Under the pieces are notes generated by a model. The model was not told the DNA's origin, made no database searches, and saw nothing but the letters and a program-made list of their open reading frames with translations. Positions 29,365 to 38,775 of a stretch of 64,000 nucleotides of DNA are shown in pieces. Each line of letters begins with the position of its first letter. Positions within the stretch are counted from its first letter, which is position 1. The stretch comes from Candidatus Limnocylindrales bacterium (GTDB taxonomy: Bacteria > Chloroflexota > Limnocylindria > Limnocylindrales > CSP1-4), in contig JBEKMM010000005.1 in assembly GCA_050008515.1 (NCBI GenBank), forward strand, positions 70,888 to 134,887. Reading direction: 5' to 3'. The position numbers and the translations under genes are program-made.

Positions 29365-29955
29365 TCAGAGTCGAACCGCCACGAGCTCGCCCCCGCCGAT
29401 CGGAACGACGAGGCCCGAAAGCCGCGGATCGGCGAGGGCTCGAGCGCGGAACTCCTCGAGGGCGGAGGCATGAGAGGTGAGGTTGTCGGCGACGAGCAGC
29501 CCGCCCTGGCGGAGGGCATCGATTGCGGGGCCGAGGAGGCGGAGGTAGTCGTCCTTCTCGGCGTCGATGAAGACCAGATCCGCGTGACCGGCGAAGCCGG
29601 CCAGGCCCTCGCCGCCGTCGCCCTCGCGCAGATCCACGAACGGCTCCACTCCCGCGGCCGCGAAGGTGCGGCGAGCGATCGCAACCTTGGCGGGATCCAC
29701 CTCAAAGGTGGTCACGCGGCCAGCGGTCTTCGCCGCGGCCATGGCCAGCCAGAGCGTGGAGTAGCCGCTGCTCGTGCCCACTTCCACGATTGTCACGGCA
29801 CGAGTCGCAACGGCCAGGGTCAGCAGGAACTGACCCACGTCCGGTGCGATCGCGCGCAGCCTGGCGCCCTGTGGAGTTCCGTCCACCCGATCGGCGGCGT
29901 CGCGGGCCTGGAGCTCGGCCATCACAGCTCTCACGAGTTCGGTCGCGAGGTCCAA
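29365..29955 (-). CDS. Class I SAM-dependent O-methyltransferase (family 3, caffeoyl-CoA OMT-like)
   Basis: VEVGTSSGYSTLWLA motif I, and DLVFIDAEKDDY. Confidence 0.7.
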   Translation of the reverse strand: MDLATELVRAVMAELQARDAADRVDGTPQGARLRAIAPDVGQFLLTLAVATRAVTIVEVGTSSGYSTLWLAMAAAKTAGRVTTFEVDPAKVAIARRTFAAAGVEPFVDLREGDGGEGLAGFAGHADLVFIDAEKDDYLRLLGPAIDALRQGGLLVADNLTSHASALEEFRARALADPRLSGLVVPIGGGELVAVRL

Positions 29956-30124
29956 GGCTGCCTCCAGACGGGGTGCGATTCGCGGCTGAGTCGTCGATCA
30001 TGACCCGTTCGGCCGATCCGGGAGGGCGCTTGATCCCTCCTTGCGCCCGGAGCCCGCAGGGCGCGACGACGGCAGCGACCATCCAATCGAACGCCGCGGG
30101 CCCGCCAATCCCTACAATCAGCCC

Positions 30125-30799
30125 ATGGAGAAGCCGCAGAAGTCCGTCTCGCTCGCAGATCTGACCGTCGGCAAGTTCGTAGAGCGCCTCTCCTCGGCTG
30201 AACCCGTTCCCGGAGGAGGAGCGGCCTCGGCCCTGGCGGCGGCGCTGGGCGCGGCGCTGGTATCCATGGTCGCGGGCCTGTCGCTGGGTCGGTCCAAGTA
30301 CGCGGCCTACGAGGCCACGCTGGCCCGGGCCGACGCCGCGGGCAAGGAGCTCGCGGCGGAGTTGCTCGCTCTCTCCGATCGAGACGCGGAAGCCTATGCG
30401 GGCTATTCCGCCGCGCTCAAGCTGCCGCGGGACACGCACGAGCAGAGGGAGGCGCGGCGGTCGGCAATCCGGGCGGCGGCGCGGGTGGCGTCGGACGCGC
30501 CGTGGGATTGCGTTCGGGCGTGCCTGCGGCTGGCCGAGATCGCGGAGGCGATCGCCGGGCGAAGCAACGTCAACGCCTCGAGCGACGTGCTGGTCGCGGC
30601 GCTGCTCGCCGAAGCGGGCGCCAGGGGAGCGGCCGAGAACGTCCGCATCAACCTGCCGTCCACAGGCGACGAGGAGTACTCCGAGGCGATGAGCCGCCAG
30701 CTCGACGAGACGCTCCACGACATCTCGGCGCTGGCCTCCCGGACCCGCGAGATCGTCCTGTCGGGCGGGCCCCAGGACCCGGAGGCCGAGGCGCCGTGA
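30125..30799 (+). CDS. Cyclodeaminase/cyclohydrolase family protein (FTCD C-terminal domain / FchA-like)
   Basis: ATG 30125. FVERLSSAEPVPGGGAASALAAALGAALVSMVAGLS. Stop overlaps folD GTG (GTGA). Confidence 0.75.
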   Translation: MEKPQKSVSLADLTVGKFVERLSSAEPVPGGGAASALAAALGAALVSMVAGLSLGRSKYAAYEATLARADAAGKELAAELLALSDRDAEAYAGYSAALKLPRDTHEQREARRSAIRAAARVASDAPWDCVRACLRLAEIAEAIAGRSNVNASSDVLVAALLAEAGARGAAENVRINLPSTGDEEYSEAMSRQLDETLHDISALASRTREIVLSGGPQDPEAEAP

Positions 30800-31734
30800 G
30801 CGTCCACGGAGACGGGACGCCCACCGCCACCGCTACCGCGGCGTCGGCGGGTCCGCGGCTGCTGGCTGGAAGCCCCATCGCGGCCGAGATTCGAGCCGGC
30901 CTGACCGCCGACTTCGCCGCGTTCAAGGAGCGCTGGGGCTACGCGCCGACGCTCGCGGTCGTCCTGGTCGGCGCGGACGCGCCTTCGGCCGTGTACCTGC
31001 AGCAGATCCTTCGGACGTGCGAGAAGGTCGGCGTCCAGGGGCGGCTGGTGGAGATCGGCTCGGACGTGACTCCGGACGCGCTCTGCAACGAGATCGAGCG
31101 CCTCAACGCCGATCCGGCCGTGGCCGGGATCATCGTCCAGATGCCGCTCCCGGACCACATCCCGCTGCGGACCGTGATCGATTCGATCGACCCGGCCAAG
31201 GACATCGATGGCATCCACCCCCACAACGCCGGCCTGCTCTCGCTCGGCTACGACGGCTTCCTGCCGGCGACGGCCCAGGCCGCGGTCGAGATCCTCAAGC
31301 GCTCGGGGATCGAGATCGCTGGCAAGCGCGTGGTCGTCGTCGGGCGGTCGAACGTGGTCGGCAAGCCCGCGGCGCTGCTGCTCCTGCGCGAGCACGGCAC
31401 GGTCGGCATCCTCCACTCGAAGACCCGCGACCTGGGCCACTACACCCGCGACGCCGAGATCCTGGTCGTCGCGGCCGGCAGGCCGGGCCTGGTCACCGGC
31501 GAGATGCTCTCGCCGGGGGTCGTGGTCGTGGACGTGGGCATCAACGTGGTGGGCGACAGGCTCGTCGGCGACGTTGACTTCGAGTCGGCGAAGGATGTGG
31601 TCGGCGCGATCACCCCGGTGCCCGGCGGCGTCGGGCCGCTCACGAACGCGCTCCTGCTGGCGCATCTCCTGCGCGCGGCTACGGACCAGGCGGAGCGGCG
31701 CGCCGGGGCCGCGGCGAAGGCGGCCGCTCGATGA
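30796..31734 (+). CDS. folD: Bifunctional methylene-THF dehydrogenase / methenyl-THF cyclohydrolase
   Basis: GVQGRLVEI..., VVVVGRSNVVGKPAALLL, and PVPGGVGPLT. GTG 30796 (start uncertain by about 20 aa). Confidence 0.9.
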   Translation: MSVHGDGTPTATATAASAGPRLLAGSPIAAEIRAGLTADFAAFKERWGYAPTLAVVLVGADAPSAVYLQQILRTCEKVGVQGRLVEIGSDVTPDALCNEIERLNADPAVAGIIVQMPLPDHIPLRTVIDSIDPAKDIDGIHPHNAGLLSLGYDGFLPATAQAAVEILKRSGIEIAGKRVVVVGRSNVVGKPAALLLLREHGTVGILHSKTRDLGHYTRDAEILVVAAGRPGLVTGEMLSPGVVVVDVGINVVGDRLVGDVDFESAKDVVGAITPVPGGVGPLTNALLLAHLLRAATDQAERRAGAAAKAAAR

Positions 31735-33461
31735 CCGCCGCCGGCCCCATGCCCAACAGCCTCGAGATCGCCCGGTCCGTGACCCTGCGGCCGATCATGG
31801 AGCTCGCGCGGGAGCTCGGCCTCCACGATGACGAGGTCGAGCTGTACGGGCCGTACAAGGCCAAGATCAGCCTGGCCGGCATCACGCGCCTGGAGGCTGA
31901 GGCGGCCGCGTCGGGCAAGCACGGCAAGTACGTCGTCGTCACGGCCATCACGCCCACTCCGCTGGGCGAGGGCAAGACGACCACCAACATCGGCCTGGTC
32001 CAGGGGCTCAACCGGATCGGCCACAAGGCGGCGGTCTGCATTCGCCAGCCTTCGCTCGGCCCAGTGTTCGGGATCAAGGGCGGGGCCGCCGGCGGCGGAT
32101 ACAGCCAGGTAATCCCGATGGAGGACTTCAACCTTCACCTCACCGGCGACAACCATGCCGTCGGGGCGGCGCACAACCTGCTCGCCGCCTTCGTCGACAA
32201 CTCGCTGACGCACAACAACCCGCTCGGCATCGATCCGCTAGGCGTGCTCTGGCCGCGCGTCGTCGACATCTCCGACCGGGCGGTCCGAAAGGCGATCATC
32301 GGCCTCGGCGGGCGCGAGAACGGCTACCCGCGCGAGACCGAATGGCAGATCACCGTCGCCAGCGAGGTCATGGCGGTGCTGGCGCTCGCGTCCGACCTAC
32401 AGGACCTGCGCCGCCGGCTCGGCCGAATGGTCGTCGCCACCAGCTTCGACGGTCGGATGATCACTGCCGAGGACCTCAAGTGCGCCGGCGCGATGACCGT
32501 CCTGCTGCTCGACGCGATCAAGCCGAACCTGCTCCAGACCCTGGAGGGCGGGCCCGCGTTCGTCCACTGCGGGCCGTTCGCCAACATCGCCCACGGCAAC
32601 AACAGCGTCCTGGCCGATCGCCTGGCGCTCGCCACGTGCGAGATCGCTTGCACCGAAGCCGGCTTCGGTGCGGACATGGGCGCCGAGAAGTTCTTCGACA
32701 TCAAGTGCCGCCAGAGCGGCCTTCGCCCCGACGCGGCGGTCATGGTCGCGACGGTCCGCGCCCTCAAGATGCACGGCGGCGTCGGCCGGATCGTGGCCGG
32801 CAAGCCGCTCGACCCGGCGCTCGAAGCGGAGAACGTGGAGGCCGTTCGAAGGGGCTCGGCCAACCTGGCCGCCCAGATCGAGAACGTGCGCCACTTCCAT
32901 GTCCCCGTGGTGGTGGCCGTCAACCACTATCCCGGCGACACCGAAGCGGAGGTGGCCGCGATCCGGGAAGTGGCGCTGGCCGCCGGCTCGCGCGACGTGG
33001 TGGTGAGCCGCCACTTCGCCGAGGGCGGGGCCGGGGCCGAGGACCTGGCCCGGGCCGTCTGGTCGGCGGCGGAGGAAGGGGCACCGGACTTCACGCTGCT
33101 CTACCCCGACGACCTGCCGCTGCGCGAGAAGATCGAGACCGTCGCGGTCCGGATCTACGGCGCCCGCGGCGTCGACGAGCTGCCGGCGGCGAGCAAGGCT
33201 CTGAAGCTGTACGAGGAGCTGGGCTTCGGCAACCTGCCGGTTTGCATGGCCAAGACCCACCTCTCGCTCAGCCACGACCCGAACCTCAAGGGCCGGCCGA
33301 CCGGCTTCCGCGTCCCCATCCGCGAGGTCCGACTCTCGGCCGGGGCCGGCTTCGTCACCCCGCTCCTGGGGGAGATGCGCACCATGCCGGGGCTGCCCTC
33401 GCACCCCGCCGGCGAGTCGATCGACATCGACTCCGACGGCAACATCGTCGGCCTGTTCTAG
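31731..33461 (+). CDS. fhs: Formate--tetrahydrofolate ligase
   Basis: TPTPLGEGKTTTNIGL, and full length 576 aa. ATGA overlap with folD. Confidence 0.9.
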   Translation: MTAAGPMPNSLEIARSVTLRPIMELARELGLHDDEVELYGPYKAKISLAGITRLEAEAAASGKHGKYVVVTAITPTPLGEGKTTTNIGLVQGLNRIGHKAAVCIRQPSLGPVFGIKGGAAGGGYSQVIPMEDFNLHLTGDNHAVGAAHNLLAAFVDNSLTHNNPLGIDPLGVLWPRVVDISDRAVRKAIIGLGGRENGYPRETEWQITVASEVMAVLALASDLQDLRRRLGRMVVATSFDGRMITAEDLKCAGAMTVLLLDAIKPNLLQTLEGGPAFVHCGPFANIAHGNNSVLADRLALATCEIACTEAGFGADMGAEKFFDIKCRQSGLRPDAAVMVATVRALKMHGGVGRIVAGKPLDPALEAENVEAVRRGSANLAAQIENVRHFHVPVVVAVNHYPGDTEAEVAAIREVALAAGSRDVVVSRHFAEGGAGAEDLARAVWSAAEEGAPDFTLLYPDDLPLREKIETVAVRIYGARGVDELPAASKALKLYEELGFGNLPVCMAKTHLSLSHDPNLKGRPTGFRVPIREVRLSAGAGFVTPLLGEMRTMPGLPSHPAGESIDIDSDGNIVGLF

Positions 33462-33486
33462 GCCGCGGCCGAAGGCGGGGCCGACC

Positions 33487-34254
33487 ATGCTCACGCTGAT
33501 CCTCACCCGACACGGTCAGGCTGCCGAAGGTGACGTCATGCTCGGCGGACAGCTCGACCTGGCGCTGATGCCCCGAGGGCGGGAGGAGGCCGAGGCCCTG
33601 GCGCGGCGGCTGTCGGGCGTCCGGATCGATCGCATCATCGCCAGCCCGATGCTTCGCGCGCTCGAGACCGCCCAGACGATCGCGCGAGGCCGGCCGGTCG
33701 AGGTGGACGAGCGGCTGCGCGAGCTCGACTACGGGCGATGGGAGAGCCTGACCTACGCCGAGATCGATGCCCACGATCCGGAGCTGCGGGCGCGCTGGGA
33801 GCACGATCCGGCAGAGACTCACGCACCCGGCGGCGAATCCGGTGACGACGTGGCTGCCCGCGCCCTCAACTTCCTGGTCGACTTGATCGCGGCCGAAGAG
33901 GCGGCCGAAGAGGCGGCGGCCGAAGGCACGCCCGGCACCTTCCCCGCGCCCGGCACCCGAGAGGGCCGGCATTCGCCCGACCCCGGCGGCTCGCGGGCTA
34001 TCGTTTCGGAAGCCCAGGCCGAAGCCGAGGGCGAGCGTCGCGTCCTCGTCGTCGGCCACGGAACCTTCAATCGCATCCTTCTGTGCGTCGCCCTGGGCAT
34101 CCCCGTGCGCGACTACCGCCGCCGCTTCCTCCAGGACCGTACCAACCTGACCGTGCTGCGCTACGAGCGGGGCGACACGCCCGACGGCGCCCAGCTGATC
34201 CTCGCCAACGACGTCAGCCACCTCCGCCACCCCGGCGAGGCGCCCTGGGGCTAA
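33487..34254 (+). CDS. Histidine phosphatase family protein (phosphoglycerate mutase-like)
   Basis: LTRHGQ (RHG motif) and GHG later. It carries an acidic low-complexity insert. Confidence 0.75.
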   Translation: MLTLILTRHGQAAEGDVMLGGQLDLALMPRGREEAEALARRLSGVRIDRIIASPMLRALETAQTIARGRPVEVDERLRELDYGRWESLTYAEIDAHDPELRARWEHDPAETHAPGGESGDDVAARALNFLVDLIAAEEAAEEAAAEGTPGTFPAPGTREGRHSPDPGGSRAIVSEAQAEAEGERRVLVVGHGTFNRILLCVALGIPVRDYRRRFLQDRTNLTVLRYERGDTPDGAQLILANDVSHLRHPGEAPWG

Positions 34255-34374
34255 ACACCCCGCGCCGCCCCGAGTAGTCGCCGGCGAAGCGGACGGCCTC
34301 TGCGTCATCGGGCCCCGAGTGGCAGACTGGCGGAAGGGGAACGTCACGATCGGCCGAATGGAGGCCTGACCCGG

Positions 34375-35574
34375 GTGTTTCGAGCAGCGACGGCCTACGT
34401 CATCCTGTTCGCCGCCGTCGGCGCATACGCGCCGTTCCTGCAGCAGTACTACCAGAGCCTCGGCATCCCGCTGCCGGCGATCGGGCTGCTGGCGGCCTTC
34501 GCCTCGGCCATGGTCGTGGTCGCGGCGCCGTTCTGGGGCGCGATCCACGACCACGTTCCCGCCTCGCGGCTGCTCATCCCGTTCGCGGCGGCGATCGCCA
34601 CGGTCGGCGCGCTGGGCCTGGCCACGGCCGGAGCCACGCCGCTGATCGTTCTCGCGGCGGCGACATGGGCGATCGGCATGGCCGGCACGAGCCCGATGAT
34701 GGACGTCCGCGTCCTGTCGATGGTCGGCGCCGACCGGACCCGCTACGCCTGGATTCGAGCCTGCGGCTCCGCGAGCTTCATCGTCTGTGCCCCGCTCGTG
34801 GGCCTGCTCGTCGACCGCAACGGCATGAGCGCCATGTTCTGGGTCATGGTTCCGGCCCTGGCCCTGGTCGGCGCCTCCGTCATCGCCCTTCCTCCGCGCC
34901 TGGATTCCGTTCGCCCGCCGAGCCTCCGCAAGGCCCCGGGCACGGTCCTGCGCCATCGCCCGATCGCGCTCTTCCTCATCGGCTCGACCGTGGCGTGGAC
35001 CGCCATCTCCGCCCAGAACTCGTTCTTCTCGATCTACCTGCGGGACCTCGGGGCGCCGGACAGTGTGGTCGGCTGGACATGGGCCGTCGCCGCCACGATG
35101 GAGATCCCGGTCATGTTCCTGTTCCCCTGGCTGGCCAGACGCTACGGGGTCGAGCGCCTGATCGTCGTCGGGGCCGCGATCGCGTGCGCTCGCGAGGTCG
35201 CCAACGTCGTCTTCACGGCGCCGGCGCTGCTGCTTGCCTGCTCGCTCATGCAGGGCGCGGGCTACGCCCTGATCCTGATCGGAGGCGTGACATTCGTCTC
35301 GCTTCAGGCGCCGCAGGGGACCGCCGCCACGGCCCAGGGGATGTTCAGCGGCGTGGCCGGCAGCCTGGCCGCGATCCTGGGCGCGGGCGTCGGGGGTCAA
35401 CTGGCGGGCTTGCTGGCGATTCGCGGGCTGTACGCCGTTGCCGCGTGCCTGGGCGCGCTCGCCGTTGCGTTGATCGCCGTGGCCGTGCTACCCGTGGCCC
35501 GAAGCGGCGTGCCCCGGCCCGCCCCCGCCCCGGCCCCGGCCGACCTCGCCGAGGCTACAGACCCAGGCGCCTGA
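34375..35574 (+). CDS. MFS transporter
   Basis: 399 aa, 12 predicted TM, GTG start. Confidence 0.7.
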   Translation: MFRAATAYVILFAAVGAYAPFLQQYYQSLGIPLPAIGLLAAFASAMVVVAAPFWGAIHDHVPASRLLIPFAAAIATVGALGLATAGATPLIVLAAATWAIGMAGTSPMMDVRVLSMVGADRTRYAWIRACGSASFIVCAPLVGLLVDRNGMSAMFWVMVPALALVGASVIALPPRLDSVRPPSLRKAPGTVLRHRPIALFLIGSTVAWTAISAQNSFFSIYLRDLGAPDSVVGWTWAVAATMEIPVMFLFPWLARRYGVERLIVVGAAIACAREVANVVFTAPALLLACSLMQGAGYALILIGGVTFVSLQAPQGTAATAQGMFSGVAGSLAAILGAGVGGQLAGLLAIRGLYAVAACLGALAVALIAVAVLPVARSGVPRPAPAPAPADLAEATDPGA

Positions 35575-36358
35575 TTCGAACTCGGATCGTGTTCGCCACC
35601 ACCTGGGCCCCGAGGTCGCTGAAATGCAGGCCGTCCGTCGTGTACTTCGGATAGTAGACACCGTTCCCGTTCGCGAGGGGGGCGTGGATGTCCACGTAGT
35701 TGACCTTCTGGGAATTAGCCAGGTTGATGATCGCCGCGTTGAGAGAGTTGATCTTGGGCGCCATAGAGGTCCATGAGTCGGGCGGTACAAGGAGCAGGAT
35801 GACCGTGATCTTGTGCGCCTTCGCTCCAACGATGATGGCCCGCAGGTTGGCGATCGTGGCGCTGCCCTTGATGTTGTACCCGAGGTCGTTCGTGCCGCCC
35901 AGGACGAACAGCACATCGGGATGGTAGTTGTACACGTCGCTGGCGAGCCGGGCCCGCATCTGGGCGGTCGTGTTGCCGGGCACGCCGGCGTTGTGGAGCA
36001 GCTTGAGGACCGTGTCCTGGGCATCCAGCCGCGTGGGCCACGGCGTGTCCGGCCACGCGGTCAGCGAGTCGCCCAGGGCCACGAAGCTGCGAACCTTCAC
36101 GGGCTTCGGTGTCGCCTTCTTGGCGGGCGCCGGCTTGGGCTTGGGCTTTGCCGTTGGGGTCGCCGTCGGGGCCGGCGTGATGTCCGGTGAGGCCGTGTCT
36201 TCCGGATTCACCGTCTCGGTCGGAGTCGGGCTGGGATCTGCGTTGACGTTGGCGGCGATCTCGTTGTTGGGCGTCGAGCTGGCCGCCCCGGCTCCGGCGA
36301 TCGGCCCAGTCACCGAGATCAGCGAGGCGATCATCAGCAGCATCAGCACTCCGAGCAT
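35555..36358 (-). CDS. SGNH/GDSL hydrolase family lipase/esterase, membrane-anchored with P/T/K-rich linker
   Basis: ALGDSLT, GGTND and DGLHFS blocks. ATG 36358 chosen (alternative upstream start adds a basic cytoplasmic tail). Confidence 0.7.
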   Translation of the reverse strand: MLGVLMLLMIASLISVTGPIAGAGAASSTPNNEIAANVNADPSPTPTETVNPEDTASPDITPAPTATPTAKPKPKPAPAKKATPKPVKVRSFVALGDSLTAWPDTPWPTRLDAQDTVLKLLHNAGVPGNTTAQMRARLASDVYNYHPDVLFVLGGTNDLGYNIKGSATIANLRAIIVGAKAHKITVILLLVPPDSWTSMAPKINSLNAAIINLANSQKVNYVDIHAPLANGNGVYYPKYTTDGLHFSDLGAQVVANTIRVRIRRLGL

Positions 36359-36869
36359 CTCGCGCCGCCTGGGTTCCTTGGGCAGGAATCGTCGCCCCAG
36401 CTCAGCGGCCGCCGTCGCCAGGGCCGCTCCCTCGCCGCCCACGGAACCCGCGGCGGGGCGCGCCATGTGCCTGGACGACTCGGCGACATGGTGGGGGTCC
36501 AGGTGGGCCATCGGCCTGGGCGTGGCCGGGTAGAAGAGGATGGCGCGCAGCCAGCCGGGAATCCAGGAGATGCGGCGCGCACCAGCCGGTCGACCCACTT
36601 GGGCGGCCTGCCCCTGCGCGGCCCGATCTCGGATGGAGCCGCCCGATGGGTCGCGGCCGCGGATGCTGCTCACGCCGCGACGGTGCTAATCGGTTCGTTC
36701 AGCATGGGGACGCGCTCCGTGCCGTTGATGGCCGACAGCCCGGTCTTCCCCGGACGCCGGTTCAAGTCTGCCACGGAATGGGTCGATGGCGCACGCCGGC
36801 CGCCCGCCCGGCTCCCGTGCCCGGCCGATCCCGGGGCGGATTCGGCGCAGCCCGAGCGATTTCTTAGGC

Positions 36870-37529
36870 CTATTGCTCGGCCCGCCGCCAGCCGGGATGG
36901 CCCAGGCGCCACCACACGAAGGCGACGACGGCGAGCACGCACGCGACCAGGATGAGGGTGTCGAAGGGCCGGAGCGTCTCGCGGATCTGCCTCCAGTTCT
37001 CGCCCAGGACCGTGCCGGCGTAGACCAGGGCGATCGTCCACGGGATGGCGCCCAGGGTCGAATAGACGGTGAAGCGACCGAGGGGCATGTGCGACACGCC
37101 GGCGATGAAGCTGATCACGCTTCGAACGCCCGGCAGCAGGCGGCTGATGAAGGCGGTCGGCGAGCCCCAGCGGGCGAAGAAGCTCTCGGCCAGGTCGACC
37201 TCATGGGGGCGGATCAGAAGGAACCTCCCCCACCGATCGAGGAAGGGCCGGCCCAGCTTCGAGCCCAACGCGTAGCCGCACAGAGAGCCGGTCGTGTTGG
37301 CCAGGATCCCGATGACCACGACCACCCAGAAGTTCCACGGGCCGTGGGTCAGCGGCTCGATCTTGGTCGGGTCGCTCACGAGAAAGCCGGCGTACGGCAG
37401 GATCAGCTCGGACGGCAGCGGTAGCAGCGTCGATTCGATGACCATGGCGAAGGCGACGCCGAGATAGCCGACGGTGGCGTACAGCTGGTCGAGAAACGGG
37501 ATGACGATCGTGTCGATGAATGCGAGCAC
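36870..37529 (-). CDS. DedA/SNARE-associated family membrane protein
   Basis: Typical DedA length and topology. ESTLLPLPSELILPYAGFL. Confidence 0.75.
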   Translation of the reverse strand: MLAFIDTIVIPFLDQLYATVGYLGVAFAMVIESTLLPLPSELILPYAGFLVSDPTKIEPLTHGPWNFWVVVVIGILANTTGSLCGYALGSKLGRPFLDRWGRFLLIRPHEVDLAESFFARWGSPTAFISRLLPGVRSVISFIAGVSHMPLGRFTVYSTLGAIPWTIALVYAGTVLGENWRQIRETLRPFDTLILVACVLAVVAFVWWRLGHPGWRRAEQ

Positions 37530-37693
37530 GCGGCCCTCGAATGGTTGGGGTTGCGAGGCCGCCGGGTGACGGCGGGCGGAACGTTGGGCAGGATACCCGA
37601 GCCGCGGCGCCAGCGCCCGGCGCGCCCCACCCGAGCCGCCGCGCCCGCACCCGGTCGGCTCGCCAGGGGTCGCGGAGTTGCGCGCGGAGCCGT

Positions 37694-38500
37694 CTAGGCC
37701 AGCAGGACCGGCCGTTCCTGGCCGGAGCAGCGATCGATCGCCCGGCGGATCCGCACGGCGTCGGCCAGGCCGGCCCGCTGCAGCGCCCAGAGGGCCGGCA
37801 GAAGTCGCGGATCGCGGGCCTCGGCGGCGGCGTCCAGCTCGAGCCCGACGACCGCCGGCGACTCGAGGGCCCGGATGAGATGCGGTACCGCTCGCGGGTC
37901 GCGCCGGACCGCCAGGCCGAACAGGGCCTCGGCGCGCGTGGTGTGGTAGGCGTCCTCGGTTCGAGCCAGCAACGCCGCGCGAACGTCCGGGCCATCGTCG
38001 CTCGAGAGCGTGCCCAGCCCAAACGTGGCCCAGTCGCGCACCTCCGGCTCCGCGTCACCGGAGAGCTTGATCAGCGCGAACCTCACGTCGCGGCTCAGCG
38101 GCTGGGGGCTCAGCGTGGCGACGGCGAAGGCGACGGCGAGTCGGACGCCGGCGTCGGAATTGCCGGCCAGGGGCACGATTCGGCCGAGCGCGTCCGCGGA
38201 GCCGATATGACCCAGGGCAGCGACGATCGACGCCACTGCGCAGGAATCGGTTTCGACGGAGAGCGCGTCGAGCAGCGCCGTCAGTGCGGCGGGGCGTGCG
38301 CCCGGATCGATCCCCACGAGGCGGCCCAGGACGTCAGCTCCGAGGGTTCGCTCGTGGGCGGCGGCATCGCGGAGCAACCGCAGGCACAGCTGGAGCACGT
38401 CGTCGGGACAGTCCCTGACGATGCCGCCGATCAGCTCCCAGCGGCAGTCCTCATCGACGCTCGCGAGCGCAGCCTCGACGCGGACGTCAAGTGCCCTCAT
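37694..38500 (-). CDS. HEAT-repeat (PBS lyase-like) protein
   Basis: Repeated D.xVR..A..ALG.IG units. Weak. Confidence 0.45.
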   Translation of the reverse strand: MRALDVRVEAALASVDEDCRWELIGGIVRDCPDDVLQLCLRLLRDAAAHERTLGADVLGRLVGIDPGARPAALTALLDALSVETDSCAVASIVAALGHIGSADALGRIVPLAGNSDAGVRLAVAFAVATLSPQPLSRDVRFALIKLSGDAEPEVRDWATFGLGTLSSDDGPDVRAALLARTEDAYHTTRAEALFGLAVRRDPRAVPHLIRALESPAVVGLELDAAAEARDPRLLPALWALQRAGLADAVRIRRAIDRCSGQERPVLLA

Positions 38501-38775
38501 GGCGCACCTCGTGCAGTTTCGACGACCGTCCCCCGGCCGCGCGACTCTCTATTGGACGGGACCTCGGCGCGGCCCTTCCCCTGCCGCGTGGAACCTACGT
38601 TAACGATCCTGCAACCTTTGGGAACTCAGTCGCGCGGGAGGGAACGGCGGGTACGTCAGATGGGCTAGCGACCCCGTAACAACTCGATTGAGTGGGCCCG
38701 CAACTCCAGCTAGCTGGTCAGGCCGCTGCCCCGCTGCAGGATGCGCTTGGCCAGCAATCGGCGGCAACCTCTCGG